From Longimicrobiales bacterium (GTDB lineage Bacteria; Gemmatimonadota; Gemmatimonadetes; Longimicrobiales; Gaopeijiaceae), in contig CBDANQ010000031.1 of assembly GCA_965197725.1 (NCBI GenBank), positions 1-61,827 of the forward strand: DNA of 61,827 nt. Direction: 5' to 3'. Below the pieces are notes generated by a model. It searched no databases, was not told the DNA's origin, and worked only from the letters and a program-made list of their open reading frames with translations. Made by a program: the position numbers and the translations under genes. Positions within the stretch are counted from its first letter, which is position 1, and each line of letters opens with the position of its first letter. Shown one piece after another: positions 40,332 through 51,338 of this stretch.

Positions 40332-41740
40332 CCGGGCCGCAGCTCGATCTGCGCGCGCTCGCCCGGGAGCAGCCCATCCACTTCGTCGGGGTCGGAGGCG
40401 TGGGCATGTTCGCGCTCGCTGAACTCCTCCTGCGGCAGGGAGGGAGGGTCAGCGGCTGCGATGTAAAGGAGAGCCCGGCACTCGACGACCTGCGTGCTCT
40501 CGGCGCGGAGATTCACGTGGGTCACGACGGGTTGCACGTCGAACAGGCGTCCGCGCTGGTCGTCACATCCGCAGTGCCGGCGGACCACCCCGAGGTGCTC
40601 CGTGCGCGTGAGCGCGGAATCCCGGTGCTCAAGCGCGGACAGGCGCTCGGCGCGTGCGTGAACGCGGGGTACGTAGTCGCGATCGCCGGCACCCACGGCA
40701 AGACGACGACCACCGCGATGGCCACGGAGGTCCTCGCTAAAGCTGGAAAGAATCCGACGGGCTTGGTCGGTGGGCGCGTGCCGGGCTGGCCGGGCAATCT
40801 CCGCTTCGGGTCCGACGACCTCTTCGTCGTGGAGGCCGACGAGTACGATCGCTCGTTCCACACGCTCACGCCCGACGTGGCGGTGGTCACCAACCTCGAG
40901 GCGGATCACCTCGACGTCTACGGCAACCTCGAAGGTGTGCGTGAGGGCTTTCTGACCTTTCTCCGCGGCATGCGGAACGGTGGCCGGATCGTGGCTTGCG
41001 CAGACGACCACGGTGCTGCGTCGCTGCTGCCGGGCGCCGGCTCGGCGGGCTACTCGTACGGGACGTCGGCCGGCTCGATGCTGCGAGGCATCGACGTACG
41101 AGTCACTTCGACGACGACGAGTTGCCGGGTCGTAGAAGAGGGGGTCGGGGTTGGCGAGCTGACGCTCTCGATCGGGGGGGTGCACAACCTGCGCAACGCT
41201 CTCGCGGCCGCCGCCGTGTCCAGGGCGTTGGGCGCCGAATGGGCGGCGATCCTCGAAGCACTCGCGAGCTTCCGTGGTGTGAGACGCCGCTTCGAGCGCC
41301 TCGGGGAAGCCAGTGGCGTAATCGTGATCGACGACTACGCGCACCACCCAACCGAGATCGAAGCGACGCTCTTGGCGGCGCATTCGATGTTCCCGGGCGC
41401 CCGTATCGTGGCTGCGTTCCAGCCGCACTTGTACTCGCGGACGCGCGACTTCGCGGACGCCTTTGGGGTCTCGCTGGCGTCTGCCGACCTCGCATACGTC
41501 ACCGACGTGTTCCCGGCCCGAGAAGCTCCGATCCTCGGAATCACCGGGGAGGCCGTCGTAGCGGCGCTGGAGCAGGCGGGTCTGAGCGAGGTGCGCTACG
41601 TGGCGGAAGTCGGCGCTCTGGCCCAAGCCCTGCTGGACGAACTTCGCCCGGGCGATGTGCTCATAACGCTCGGGGCCGGCTCGATCGAGGACGTGGGACA
41701 GCCAGTGCTCGATGGCCTGGAGGCGAGAGCACATGCGTAG
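40328..41740 (+). CDS. murC: UDP-MurNAc--L-Ala ligase
   Basis: HFVGVGGVGM, AGTHGKTTT, EADEYD, DHLD, DDYAHHPTE, FQPHLYSRT. Confidence 0.96.
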   Translation: MTGPQLDLRALAREQPIHFVGVGGVGMFALAELLLRQGGRVSGCDVKESPALDDLRALGAEIHVGHDGLHVEQASALVVTSAVPADHPEVLRARERGIPVLKRGQALGACVNAGYVVAIAGTHGKTTTTAMATEVLAKAGKNPTGLVGGRVPGWPGNLRFGSDDLFVVEADEYDRSFHTLTPDVAVVTNLEADHLDVYGNLEGVREGFLTFLRGMRNGGRIVACADDHGAASLLPGAGSAGYSYGTSAGSMLRGIDVRVTSTTTSCRVVEEGVGVGELTLSIGGVHNLRNALAAAAVSRALGAEWAAILEALASFRGVRRRFERLGEASGVIVIDDYAHHPTEIEATLLAAHSMFPGARIVAAFQPHLYSRTRDFADAFGVSLASADLAYVTDVFPAREAPILGITGEAVVAALEQAGLSEVRYVAEVGALAQALLDELRPGDVLITLGAGSIEDVGQPVLDGLEARAHA

Positions 41741-42470
41741 AGAATTCCGCATCCTGCTCGTGACCGTTCTTTTCGGCGCCGCATGGACGTGGGGCGGGCG
41801 TGTTCCTGAAGCGCTAGCTGCGATGGAGGCGTTCCGGGTCACCGAAGTCGAGATCCATGGACTGCGCTACGTCACCCGGTCGGATGTGCTCGAGGCGACG
41901 GGTGTCGGGCCCGAGACCTCGGTTTGGGGTGACCTCGACTCATGGGCCGAAGCGCTCCGGGCCCACCCCCTGGTTCGGACGGTTCATATCGAGCGCAGGA
42001 TTCCGAACGGGCTCGTGATCTGGGTTGGTGAACGCGTACCGGTGGCCTTGGTCTCAACCCCGACGGTCGAGCCCGTCGACGAAGAAGGCATCCGACTTCC
42101 GCTCGATCCGGCTGAGCATCGTTTCGACCTTCCGCTCGTCGACGCGGGTCCGGCCCCCGCAGCCGGCTCGAGGATGCTGCCAGGGCAAGCGCGCGAGCTC
42201 GTCGCCGAGGTCGGTCGCCTCATGAGTGTCGACACCGCGTTCTTGCAGATGGTCTCCGAAGTACGGTGGGGCGAGCGCCGGTCGATCGTCGCACGCTGGA
42301 TCGAGCCCGATGTGGAGTTTCTGCTGCCCCTCGGTGTGTCGCAGGACCGCCTTCGCAAGGCCTTGAATGCGCTCGCTCACGCGGTCTCGAACACATCGGG
42401 CGAAGTGCCTGAACTGATAGACCTGAGATTCGCGGACCAGGTGGTGGTCCGCCGTACCAGCGGAAAGTGA
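41733..42470 (+). CDS. ftsQ: Cell division protein FtsQ/DivIB
   Basis: N-terminal TM, POTRA-like segment (HPLVRTVHIERRIPN..ERVPVA), C-terminal IDLRFADQVVVR. Confidence 0.9.
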   Translation: MRREFRILLVTVLFGAAWTWGGRVPEALAAMEAFRVTEVEIHGLRYVTRSDVLEATGVGPETSVWGDLDSWAEALRAHPLVRTVHIERRIPNGLVIWVGERVPVALVSTPTVEPVDEEGIRLPLDPAEHRFDLPLVDAGPAPAAGSRMLPGQARELVAEVGRLMSVDTAFLQMVSEVRWGERRSIVARWIEPDVEFLLPLGVSQDRLRKALNALAHAVSNTSGEVPELIDLRFADQVVVRRTSGK

Positions 42471-42481
42471 CGGTGACATAG

Positions 42482-43711
42482 ATGCGTTCGAACCGCATCG
42501 CGGGACTCGACATCGGGACCACGAAGACATGCGCCGTGATCGGTGAGATCATCGGGGATCCCCGGCGGCCAGGTCTCATGATTCTCGGCGTCGGCCAGGC
42601 CCGCACGGGTGGCGTGCGCGGCGACACGGTGACGAACATCGAGGAGATGACCGAGTCGGTCCGCACGTCGCTCAAGGAAGCCGAGCTCATGGCCGGCGTG
42701 GCGGTCGATCGCGTGTACGCCGGGATCGGGGGTGACCACGTGCGAGCCACGAGCTCGATGGGCGTGGTCGCGGTCTCGGAAGACGACGTTACGGCGGACG
42801 ATGTCGAACGCGTGCACGTGGTCGCGCGCGCTGTCGCGCTGCCGCCGGACCGGGAGATGTTGCACGCGATTCCGCAAGAGTACAGGGTCGACCGGGAGCG
42901 CGGGATCAAGGATCCGCTCGGCATGGCCGGCATCCGGCTGGAAGCCGAGGTCTTCCTCGTCACATGCGCGATCACCGCGTCGGCGAACATCCGCAAGGCC
43001 GTCAACCGGGCGGGGTACCGCGTTCAGGAGCTCGTGCTGGAGCCCCTCGCTGGAGCTCGTGCCGTGCTCACTGAAGACGAAAAGGAAGTCGGTGTGGCGA
43101 TGGTCGAGATCGGCGCCTCAACCACCGACCTGGCGTTGTACTACGAGGGCAAGATCCAGCACGTGGCGATCTTGCCGTTCGGCGGCAGCACGCTCACGGC
43201 CGACCTCGTCCGTGGTCTGTCGGTCCCATACGCAGAAGCGCAGAAAGCCAAGGAGCACTACGGCACGGCGTTCGCGCAGTTGGTCGATCCCCGCGAGACC
43301 GTAGAGATGCCTGGGCCGTCGCCAGGTCAGAAACGGGCGGTCGCGCGTGAGTTGATCGCGCACATCGTCGAGCAACGCTTGGACGAAATGTTCGGTCTGG
43401 TGCAGCGCGAGTTCCACGACCACGCATTGCAGGACAAGCTCGGGGCCGGCGTCGTGCTCACGGGCGGTACCGTCGCGATCCCTGGCATCCTTGAGCTGTG
43501 CCAACAGATCTTCGCCTCGCCGGTGCGGTTGGGTGTTCCGAGCGAGGGCCTCAGCGGGCTCGCCGACTCCGTCGGCCGCCCTCGCTTCGCCATCGCGGCC
43601 GGTCTCGCGCTCTGGGGCGCGGACCGTTTCGCAGAGACCGGGCGTGGGGCATCCACGATCACCTCCGGCATGCTCACCAAGCTCGGCACGTGGCTGAAGG
43701 AGTTCTTCTAA
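42482..43711 (+). CDS. ftsA: Cell division protein FtsA
   Basis: GLDIGTTK, DPLGMAGIRLE, GVVLTGG, C-terminal amphipathic WLKEFF. Confidence 0.96.
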   Translation: MRSNRIAGLDIGTTKTCAVIGEIIGDPRRPGLMILGVGQARTGGVRGDTVTNIEEMTESVRTSLKEAELMAGVAVDRVYAGIGGDHVRATSSMGVVAVSEDDVTADDVERVHVVARAVALPPDREMLHAIPQEYRVDRERGIKDPLGMAGIRLEAEVFLVTCAITASANIRKAVNRAGYRVQELVLEPLAGARAVLTEDEKEVGVAMVEIGASTTDLALYYEGKIQHVAILPFGGSTLTADLVRGLSVPYAEAQKAKEHYGTAFAQLVDPRETVEMPGPSPGQKRAVARELIAHIVEQRLDEMFGLVQREFHDHALQDKLGAGVVLTGGTVAIPGILELCQQIFASPVRLGVPSEGLSGLADSVGRPRFAIAAGLALWGADRFAETGRGASTITSGMLTKLGTWLKEFF

Positions 43712-43777
43712 TGGACGCCCCGGTGCCGAGGCGGCCGCCCACGCATTCGCTTTTTCAACACTCCGATAGGAGGCGAC

Positions 43778-44983
43778 ATGATGATCTTCGAGTTTGAGGA
43801 GACTCCGGACCGAAACGCCCGCATGAAGGTGGTCGGGATTGGTGGTGCGGGCGGCAACGCCGTCAATCGCATGATCGACGAGGACTTGGAGGGCGTCGAG
43901 TTCATCTCGATGAACACCGACGCCCAGGCGCTGAAGTGTTCGCGCGCGCAGGTCACGCTGCAGATCGGAAAGAAGCTGACGTGTGGTCTCGGCGCCGGCG
44001 CACGCCCTGAAGTGGGGCGCCAGGCGCTTGCCGAAAGTGAAGAGGACGTGCGCCGGGCGCTGGACGGAGCCGACCTGGTGTTCGTGACCGCGGGCATGGG
44101 CGGCGGTACCGGAACCGGTGCTGCTCCCATGGTCGCCGAGATTGCCCGTGAGCTGGGTGCGCTCACGATCGGGGTCGTGACGAAGCCGTTCTCATTCGAG
44201 GGGAAGAAGCGCGAGCGCCAGGCGAGCCAGGGATTGGCGGAGCTGCGTCGCAGTGTGGACACGATGATACTCGTGCCGAACGACCGGTTGCTCGCCGTCG
44301 TGCCGAAGGGGACGTCCTTCCGCGACGCGCTCAAGAAGGCGGACGAGGTGCTGCTGAATGCCACACAGGGCATCAGCGACCTCATCCGTGTGACCGGTGA
44401 GGTCAACGTCGACTTTGCGGACGTGCGCACCATCATGGCCGCACGGGGTCCGGCGCTCATGGGCTCGGGCTTCGGCGAAGGTGACAACCGGGCGCAGGAG
44501 GCGGCCCAGGAGGCGATCTCCTCTCCGCTCCTCGACGACGTGTCCATCGCCGGCGCGAGGGGCGTCTTGATCAACATCACCGGGGGCCTGGACCTCGCCA
44601 TTGACGAGGTTACACAGATTTCTTCGATTATCCAGGAGGAGGCGGGAGACGAGGCCGAGATCATCTTTGGCGCCGTCCACGACCCGGAGCTGGAGGGCAA
44701 GATCCGCGTGACGGTGATCGCCACGGGCTTCGATACCCCGGCAAACGAAAAGGTGATTCCGGGCAACTTCCGGCGATCCCGGCCGCAGCCTCAGCCCATG
44801 GCGGTGCCGGCCCAGGCGCCGGTCGTTCAAGAGGTGGCACAGTTCGAGACCGTTCGCATGGCCGTGGGTGGTGGAGGCGTGGAGGAGGTTCTTCCTCTGA
44901 ACAGGTTCCCTGAGCAGACCGTCTCGCGCGAGCAGCTGGTGGAGCTCGATATTCCGACGTTCATCCGTCGCCAAATGGATTGA
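43778..44983 (+). CDS. ftsZ: Cell division protein FtsZ
   Basis: [35 protein letters not shown]-terminal [12 protein letters not shown]. Confidence 0.98.
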   Translation: MMIFEFEETPDRNARMKVVGIGGAGGNAVNRMIDEDLEGVEFISMNTDAQALKCSRAQVTLQIGKKLTCGLGAGARPEVGRQALAESEEDVRRALDGADLVFVTAGMGGGTGTGAAPMVAEIARELGALTIGVVTKPFSFEGKKRERQASQGLAELRRSVDTMILVPNDRLLAVVPKGTSFRDALKKADEVLLNATQGISDLIRVTGEVNVDFADVRTIMAARGPALMGSGFGEGDNRAQEAAQEAISSPLLDDVSIAGARGVLINITGGLDLAIDEVTQISSIIQEEAGDEAEIIFGAVHDPELEGKIRVTVIATGFDTPANEKVIPGNFRRSRPQPQPMAVPAQAPVVQEVAQFETVRMAVGGGGVEEVLPLNRFPEQTVSREQLVELDIPTFIRRQMD

Positions 44984-45019
44984 CCAGCGCCCTAGCACCA
45001 GCTGATTCTGAGGCGACGG

Positions 45020-45049
45020 GCCGCCCGGCGGAGACGTCCGCCGGGCGGT
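45020..45049 (+). terminator. Stable hairpin between ftsZ and the M23 gene (terminator or stabiliser)
   Basis: GCCGCCCGGCGGA-GACG-TCCGCCGGGCGGT; no adjacent U-tract. Confidence 0.5.
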
Positions 45050-45067
45050 CGTAGTACTTTAGAGGCT

Positions 45068-46381
45068 ATGTACTTGGTGAAAACTGGGAAGCACACGCGC
45101 TGGAGGTGGTTCGCGGTGGCGCTTGGCGTCCCAGTAACGGCGTCGTGCTACCATGAGCCGCCCGATGTGGGGACGCTGAGTGCGGTCTACGCCGAGCCCG
45201 CGGAACACATCCGGATCTTGGCGCTCCGCCAGGGGCAGACGCTCGGGCAGCTGCTGGAGGGTTCGGTCACCTACAACGAGCAAGCGTCGCTCTTGCTCGC
45301 GCTGCGGGAGCACGCCAATCCCCGGCGAATGCGAGCCGGGACCGAGGTCACGCTTCGCTTCAGCAGGGGTGACGAGTCGTTGCGCGGCGTCGACGTGGAG
45401 GTGAGCCGCGACGCGACGGTGCGCCTTTCCCGATTCAGCGGCGCCTGGTCCTCGGAACTAGTGCCAACACCCATTTACGTGGACACGATTGAGGCAACGG
45501 GTGAGATCCAGAGCGACTTGTGGACGGCGGTGAACCGGAACCCGTCGCTCAATCGCATGACGGCTGGCGACGCGGCCCGTCTCATCGACGCCCTCGACCG
45601 CGTTTTTCAGTGGCAGATCGACTTCTCTCGCCAGATCCGTGTCGGAGACACGTACCGCTTCGTGTTCCAGCGCGAGATCCGCCCGGAAGGCTCTATGCGA
45701 GCGGGTCGCTTGATCGCGGCAGAGCTCGTCAACTCAGGCACTGCGTACCACGCGATCTGGTTCGACCCGAACGAGGATGGGGACGGCTCGTACTTCGACT
45801 TGGACGGGAATTCGGTCCGGCGGGCCTTCTTGCTGAAACCGCTGACGTACCGGCGCATCTCTTCGACCTTTACCAACTCGCGTTTCCACCCGATCCTCAA
45901 GACGTGGCGTGCGCACCGCGGCATCGACTACGCCGCCGCCCGCGGCACGGACATCATGGCTACCGCCGACGGTGTAGTGATCCACCGTGCGGCGAAGGGG
46001 TCCTTCGGCAATACGGTCGAGATCCGACACCCCAACGGTATCATCACTCGCTATGCCCACCTGAGTCGCTTCCGCAGTGGTGTGAACCTCGGCACGCGTG
46101 TCCGACAGAGCGACATCATCGGATACGTTGGCATGACGGGTCTCGCTGGAGGTCCGCACCTCCACTACGAGATGCTGCGGCGCGGGCGACAGATGGATCC
46201 GCTCTCGGTCGACCTTCCGCCCGGGGACCCGGTGCCGTCGGAGGATCGCTTGCGTTGGCTGGGGGAGATGACCGCTCGCGTCTCGCTGCTCGAAGCGATC
46301 CCAGGTGCCGGGCCGGTTCGCGTGCTTCCCGCGGACGAAGAGCCAGACCAGTTGGGAGACCACCCCGGGGGGGCGCAGTAG
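45068..46381 (+). CDS. M23 family peptidoglycan DD-endopeptidase (MepM-like)
   Basis: RFHPILK..HRGIDYAA, YAHLS, GPHLHYE; FQWQIDF..IRVGD middle domain. Confidence 0.9.
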   Translation: MYLVKTGKHTRWRWFAVALGVPVTASCYHEPPDVGTLSAVYAEPAEHIRILALRQGQTLGQLLEGSVTYNEQASLLLALREHANPRRMRAGTEVTLRFSRGDESLRGVDVEVSRDATVRLSRFSGAWSSELVPTPIYVDTIEATGEIQSDLWTAVNRNPSLNRMTAGDAARLIDALDRVFQWQIDFSRQIRVGDTYRFVFQREIRPEGSMRAGRLIAAELVNSGTAYHAIWFDPNEDGDGSYFDLDGNSVRRAFLLKPLTYRRISSTFTNSRFHPILKTWRAHRGIDYAAARGTDIMATADGVVIHRAAKGSFGNTVEIRHPNGIITRYAHLSRFRSGVNLGTRVRQSDIIGYVGMTGLAGGPHLHYEMLRRGRQMDPLSVDLPPGDPVPSEDRLRWLGEMTARVSLLEAIPGAGPVRVLPADEEPDQLGDHPGGAQ

Positions 46382-46397
46382 CGGCTTTACGGCTGGC

Positions 46398-48320
46398 ATG
46401 ACCAGGGGTCTACTGTTCGTCGCTCTCGCCACGGCACTCGCCGGCTACTCCTTTTGGGTGTATCTGTGCGTCGAGCTTCCCGTGCGTGCAACACGCCTCT
46501 TGGCCTCCATGCGAGCCCTGACGCTCGTCGTGATCCTGGCGCTGCTCTTCGATCCTCGGGTCCCGACGACGGGCGCGACCACCACGTCGACCCAGTGGGT
46601 TCTCCTCGACGCCTCGCTCAGCATGACCGCGGAGGTCGCTGGGTCGAGTCCCTGGCAGGAGGCCCAGGCGAGGGCGGTCGAGCTCGCCGGCGAGGGCTGG
46701 GGCGTGGTGACATTCGGCGACAACACCGGTGCTCCTGAAGGACCCGACTACTCTCCCGACCAGACTCGGACCTTGCTGGCGCCGGCACTGGAGCGCGCCG
46801 CCGAGGCCGGCGTCGGTACCGTCCGAGTGCTCTCGGATCTCCGATTCGAGGATGTCGTGGCGGTGCGCGCCGCGCTCGAGGCGCTGCCTCTGGAGGTCGC
46901 CTTCGAGGGGTTCGGCGCCGACCTGGTCAATGCGGGTATCTCAGCATTCGACGTAAGCGATGCCGCCCGCCCCGTGGGCACGGTCACTGCCACGGCGGAG
47001 GTGCACGGCGTCGGCGCGGACAGCGCGACACTCGAGGTGCGAGCCGACGGAGAGGTGGTGGTCTCCGAGCTCGTGGATCTACCAGACCGTGGCCTCCGTC
47101 GTCGCGTCGAGATCGAGATCCCGGTCCCCGAGGGTGCTGGCCGCATCCGGTACTCGGCGCGGGTAACCGCCGTGTCCGACGCTTTCTCCTCGGACGACGA
47201 GGCGATCGCTTACGCGACCGTCGGCTACGAAGAGGGCGCGTTGGTGCTCGTGTCGCTGGAGCCCGACTGGGAGCCCCGCTTCCTGCTGTCGGTGCTCGAG
47301 GACGTCACGGGCCTCCCGGGGGTCGGGTACCTTCGCGTGGGAGCGGATCGGTTTGTTCTCATCGGGCCGGCGGTGGAGCGAGCTGGCCCCGTCGACTCAG
47401 CGACGGTTGGGCGAGCGGTTCGCGATGCGGCGCTGGTCGTTGTGCACGGCCTTCATGGTGACGCCGATGCGTGGAGCCGCCGGCTCGTGGAGCGCACATC
47501 CAGCGCGATTCTGCTGGCGCGCGATCGTGAGGGCGCCGCGCTCGCCGGTGTGCGGACCACGGCGCCGCTAGTAGGGGAGTGGTACGCCTCTGGCGACATC
47601 CCGGCGTCTCCGTTGGTCGCTGAACTTTCGGGTGCTGAGCTGCTCGGGCTTCCGCCGCTCACCGATGTCCTCGTTCCCACGGACGCCCTCACCGTGGTTT
47701 CTCCCCTGACCCTCCAGCTTCGAGGTATCGGCGCCTCCGCGGCGGCGCTCCACCTCGGCACGAACGCCGGGGGGCGGAGGGTGCTCGGGCTCGCCTCCGG
47801 ATTTTGGCGGTGGGCGATGCGAGAGGGCGCGGGCCGCGACGCGTATCGCCGCCTCTGGTCGGGAGTCGCCGGATGGGTGCTCGCTGACGACTCGATGGTT
47901 GCACCGGAGCCGCGACCGGCACTGTGGGTTTTCGACCGTGGTGATCCCGTCATTTGGTCTTTGCCGCGCGATTCCACCGCTGTGCGAATCAACATACTGA
48001 GGGGGGATTCCGTAGTCACCGACACCGTGTTCCGCGGAGGAACGACACGGTCCCTCGGCGCAATGCCTCCAGGGCTGTACAGCTATCGGGCGTCGACGGG
48101 AACGGGTGAAGTGCTTGCGACGGGTCGATTCGACGTGTCCGCGAACTCGTTCGAGATGATTCAGGCACCCAAGCTACCCGAAGCAATGGGTCCGAGGGCG
48201 GCAGCACCCGCTGGGGGGCGCGGGGGGCGCCCGCTGAGCACCTATCCCTGGCCGTACTTGTTACTGATCGCCCTGCTGTGCGCGGAATGGGTCGCGCGGC
48301 GGCGAACGGGACTCCGCTGA
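46398..48320 (+). CDS. Membrane-anchored hypothetical protein with VWA-like domain
   Basis: Two N-terminal TMs, LLDASLSM (DxSxS), VLSD, C-terminal TM with CAEWVARRRTG. Confidence 0.7.
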   Translation: MTRGLLFVALATALAGYSFWVYLCVELPVRATRLLASMRALTLVVILALLFDPRVPTTGATTTSTQWVLLDASLSMTAEVAGSSPWQEAQARAVELAGEGWGVVTFGDNTGAPEGPDYSPDQTRTLLAPALERAAEAGVGTVRVLSDLRFEDVVAVRAALEALPLEVAFEGFGADLVNAGISAFDVSDAARPVGTVTATAEVHGVGADSATLEVRADGEVVVSELVDLPDRGLRRRVEIEIPVPEGAGRIRYSARVTAVSDAFSSDDEAIAYATVGYEEGALVLVSLEPDWEPRFLLSVLEDVTGLPGVGYLRVGADRFVLIGPAVERAGPVDSATVGRAVRDAALVVVHGLHGDADAWSRRLVERTSSAILLARDREGAALAGVRTTAPLVGEWYASGDIPASPLVAELSGAELLGLPPLTDVLVPTDALTVVSPLTLQLRGIGASAAALHLGTNAGGRRVLGLASGFWRWAMREGAGRDAYRRLWSGVAGWVLADDSMVAPEPRPALWVFDRGDPVIWSLPRDSTAVRINILRGDSVVTDTVFRGGTTRSLGAMPPGLYSYRASTGTGEVLATGRFDVSANSFEMIQAPKLPEAMGPRAAAPAGGRGGRPLSTYPWPYLLLIALLCAEWVARRRTGLR

Positions 48321-49243
48321 TGGCTCGGCTCTTCAGGAACGAGCTGGAGCGGAAAAAGGGCCTGTGGCGGAGGGTCGTCGACCTGGCGCTGACCGACGTT
48401 CGCGTCGTCGCGGGAGGAATGGCCAACGTTTCGCTCGAGGCTCTGGAAGAGCGGCTCCTCGCTGCGGACTTCGGCGTCTCAGCGACGATGCGCCTCGTCG
48501 CCCGGGCGGAGGAGGCCCTGCGCAGGGGCAAGGCCCGGGGAGACGCCCAGCTCGTGGAGACGCTGCAAGGCGAAATCCGAGCGATCCTAGAAGGCGGGCA
48601 CGATGTGTTCCTGCGCGCCGCCGACTCTGGCCCCACGGTATACTTGATGGTTGGCGTGAACGGGGTCGGTAAGACCACTTCGGTGGCGAAGCTCGCCAAC
48701 TTCTTGAAACGAGAGGGCCGCACGGTCATGGTGGCCGCAGCTGACACCTTCCGGGCAGGGGCGGTCGAACAGTTGGAGACGTGGGCTGCCCGGATCGGGG
48801 CCGATTTCGTTCGAGGCGAGCAGGGCGGAGATCCCGCGGCGGTCGCGTTCAACGCGCTCGACGCGGCCGAAGCCCGAGGCACCGAGGTCGTTCTGATCGA
48901 CACGGCTGGGCGTCTGCACACGAACACGGGGCTGATGAAGGAGCTCGAGAAGATCGACCGGGTGCTCGGGCGGCGCATCGAGGGTGCTCCGCACGAGACG
49001 CTGTTGGTCTTGGATGCCAGCGTCGGTCAGAACGCGGTGCGCCAGCTTGCCGCATTCAAGCTAGTGGTGGACGTGAGCGGGATCGTGCTCGCCAAGATGG
49101 ACTCCTCGGCACGCGGTGGCATCGTCGTGGCACTGCGCGAGGAGTACGGCGTGCCGATCAAGCTCGTTGGGACCGGCGAGGGGCTGGACGACCTCGAGAG
49201 CTTCGAGCCTCAGGCATTCGTGGAGGGAGTCTTCGAGTCATGA
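48320..49243 (+). CDS. ftsY: SRP receptor
   Basis: GVNGVGKTT, DTFRAGA, DTAGRL, KMDSSARGG, GTGE. Confidence 0.95.
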   Translation: MARLFRNELERKKGLWRRVVDLALTDVRVVAGGMANVSLEALEERLLAADFGVSATMRLVARAEEALRRGKARGDAQLVETLQGEIRAILEGGHDVFLRAADSGPTVYLMVGVNGVGKTTSVAKLANFLKREGRTVMVAAADTFRAGAVEQLETWAARIGADFVRGEQGGDPAAVAFNALDAAEARGTEVVLIDTAGRLHTNTGLMKELEKIDRVLGRRIEGAPHETLLVLDASVGQNAVRQLAAFKLVVDVSGIVLAKMDSSARGGIVVALREEYGVPIKLVGTGEGLDDLESFEPQAFVEGVFES

Positions 49244-49250
49244 AGTGGGC

Positions 49251-51335
49251 GTGAGCTTCTCACAGCTCGACCGACCAGCCCAGTTCCTCAAGGGGGTGGG
49301 GCCGAAGCGCGCGGACGCTCTGGCGAACATGGGAATCACGTCCGCTCGAGATCTCCTGTACCACATCCCAAGGCGCTACGACGACGCGTCGACCCTCACC
49401 CCAATCGGAAGACTCGAGGTCGGCCTGGACGCGACCGCGGTCGGCCGGGTGCGCAGCAAGGGCGTTATCCCGACCCGGCGCGGGCTGCGCATCTTCCAGG
49501 TCATCCTGGAGGACGATACGGGCAGGATCACGGTCGCTTGGCCGGGCCAGCCGTGGCTGGATCGTAAGATCCGCGACGGCGACACGTTGCTCGTGACGGG
49601 TCCCGTGAAGTTCTTCCACGGGCGGCAGATCCACCCACGCGAGTTCTCGTTGCTGTCGCGGTCCGGGGACGGCGAGCTCGACACGGGCACGATCTTCGCC
49701 AGCTATCCCGCGAGCGAAGATGTTCCCCAGTGGTTGCTGCGAAGCATTTTGGGGAGCAACCTCGACGACTTGCTCTCCTGGGCCGACGACGACGAATATC
49801 TCACAGAGGGGCAGCGCTCCTCGCGCGGGCTCCCAGGTCTGGGCGAGGCGCTGTCGGCGCTGCACCGTCCCCGGAGCCTCTCCGACGCCGAAGTCGGACG
49901 GCGCAGACTCGCTTTCGACGAGCTCTTCTTCCTGCAGCTCGTGCAAGCCCAGGCGCGACGGCGCGCGACCGAAGTCGAGGAGGGCATCACGCACGAGCGC
50001 ACCAACGAACTGATCCGACCGCTGTACGAGGGACTCCCGTTTGCATTGACGACTGCTCAGGCCGCAGTGCTGAGGGAGATCTACCAGGACATGAAGTCGA
50101 AGCGGCGCATGAGCCGCTTGCTGCAGGGTGACGTGGGCTCGGGCAAGACCGTCGTAGCGGTTTTTGCCATGCTGCTGGCCGCGGAGGGGGGCTATCAAGC
50201 CGCGCTCATGGCGCCAACGGAGATCCTCGCCGAGCAGCACGCGCGCAAGCTCACGGAATGGCTCGAGCCGCTGGGCGTCGACGTCATCCTACTCACGGGC
50301 AGCCTCACCGCTTCCGAGAGGCGTGGGGCGCTCGAGTCCATCGAGTCTGGTCAGGTTCGAATTGTTGTCGGTACGCACGCGCTCATTCAGGACACTGTGA
50401 GCTTCGCTCGGCTCGGGCTCGTCGTCGTCGACGAGCAGCACCGCTTCGGCGTACGGCAACGGATGGCGTTGGTCGACAGGGAGGGCCTCCGCCCTGATGT
50501 GCTCGTCATGTCCGCGACGCCGATCCCTCGATCGCTCGCGATGACCCTTTATGGCGATCTCGACCTCAGCGTGCTCGACGAGTTGCCGCCGGGTCGCAAG
50601 CCGGTCACGACGGTGCTAAGGACCCCCGACGGCCGGGACGCTGTGTACGCTTTCGTCGACGAACAGCTGGCGGAAGGGAGGCAGGCATACGTTGTCTATC
50701 CGCTGGTGAGCGAGTCCGAGAAGGTAGATCTGCTCGCCGCAACCGAAGAATTCGAACGCCTTCGCCAGGACGTGTTCCCCGACCGTCGCCTCGGGCTCCT
50801 GCACGGCCAGCTCCGGCCGGCGGAAAAGGACACGGTCATGCGTTCGTTCTTGGCGGGGGACCTCGACCTCGTGGTAGCCACCACCGTGATCGAGGTCGGC
50901 ATCGACGTGGCCAACGCCACCGTTCTGGTGATCGAACACGCCGAGCGCTTCGGACTCTCGCAGCTGCACCAGCTACGGGGGCGGGTGGGTCGGGGGGCGG
51001 TCGAGAGCCACTGCATCATGATCGCGGAGTTCGGGGAAGAGGCGTTGGAGCGCCTCAAGATATTCCGCGACACCTCCGACGGATTCGAGATCGCGCGCGC
51101 CGATCTTCGCATCCGTGGCCAAGGAGATCTCTTCGGTAGCCAGCAGCACGGGCGCGATCCCCTGCTACGATTCGCGGATCTCATGACGGATGAGGATCTC
51201 TTGATCGAAGCCCAATGGGCGGCTCGCGAACTCGTCGCCGCGGATCCCGAGCTCCAGGAGCCCGCGCACAGGCGGATGCGGGAACTCCTGGAGTCGAGGT
51301 ATCGAGAGCGTCTGGAGATGTTTGGCGTCGGGTAG
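49251..51335 (+). CDS. recG: ATP-dependent DNA helicase RecG
   Basis: LKGVGP, LQGDVGSGKT, DEQHRFG, SATPIPR, QLHQLRGRVGRG, DLRIRGQG. Confidence 0.96.
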   Translation: MSFSQLDRPAQFLKGVGPKRADALANMGITSARDLLYHIPRRYDDASTLTPIGRLEVGLDATAVGRVRSKGVIPTRRGLRIFQVILEDDTGRITVAWPGQPWLDRKIRDGDTLLVTGPVKFFHGRQIHPREFSLLSRSGDGELDTGTIFASYPASEDVPQWLLRSILGSNLDDLLSWADDDEYLTEGQRSSRGLPGLGEALSALHRPRSLSDAEVGRRRLAFDELFFLQLVQAQARRRATEVEEGITHERTNELIRPLYEGLPFALTTAQAAVLREIYQDMKSKRRMSRLLQGDVGSGKTVVAVFAMLLAAEGGYQAALMAPTEILAEQHARKLTEWLEPLGVDVILLTGSLTASERRGALESIESGQVRIVVGTHALIQDTVSFARLGLVVVDEQHRFGVRQRMALVDREGLRPDVLVMSATPIPRSLAMTLYGDLDLSVLDELPPGRKPVTTVLRTPDGRDAVYAFVDEQLAEGRQAYVVYPLVSESEKVDLLAATEEFERLRQDVFPDRRLGLLHGQLRPAEKDTVMRSFLAGDLDLVVATTVIEVGIDVANATVLVIEHAERFGLSQLHQLRGRVGRGAVESHCIMIAEFGEEALERLKIFRDTSDGFEIARADLRIRGQGDLFGSQQHGRDPLLRFADLMTDEDLLIEAQWAARELVAADPELQEPAHRRMRELLESRYRERLEMFGVG

Positions 51336-51338
51336 GCA

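Noticed and set aside
27188..50240. Long antisense or alternate-frame ORFs over core genes (e.g. 27188..28399, 31906..33300, 37918..39492, 40052..41842, 49260..50240)
   Set aside because: Shadow ORFs with biased composition overlapping well-supported genes
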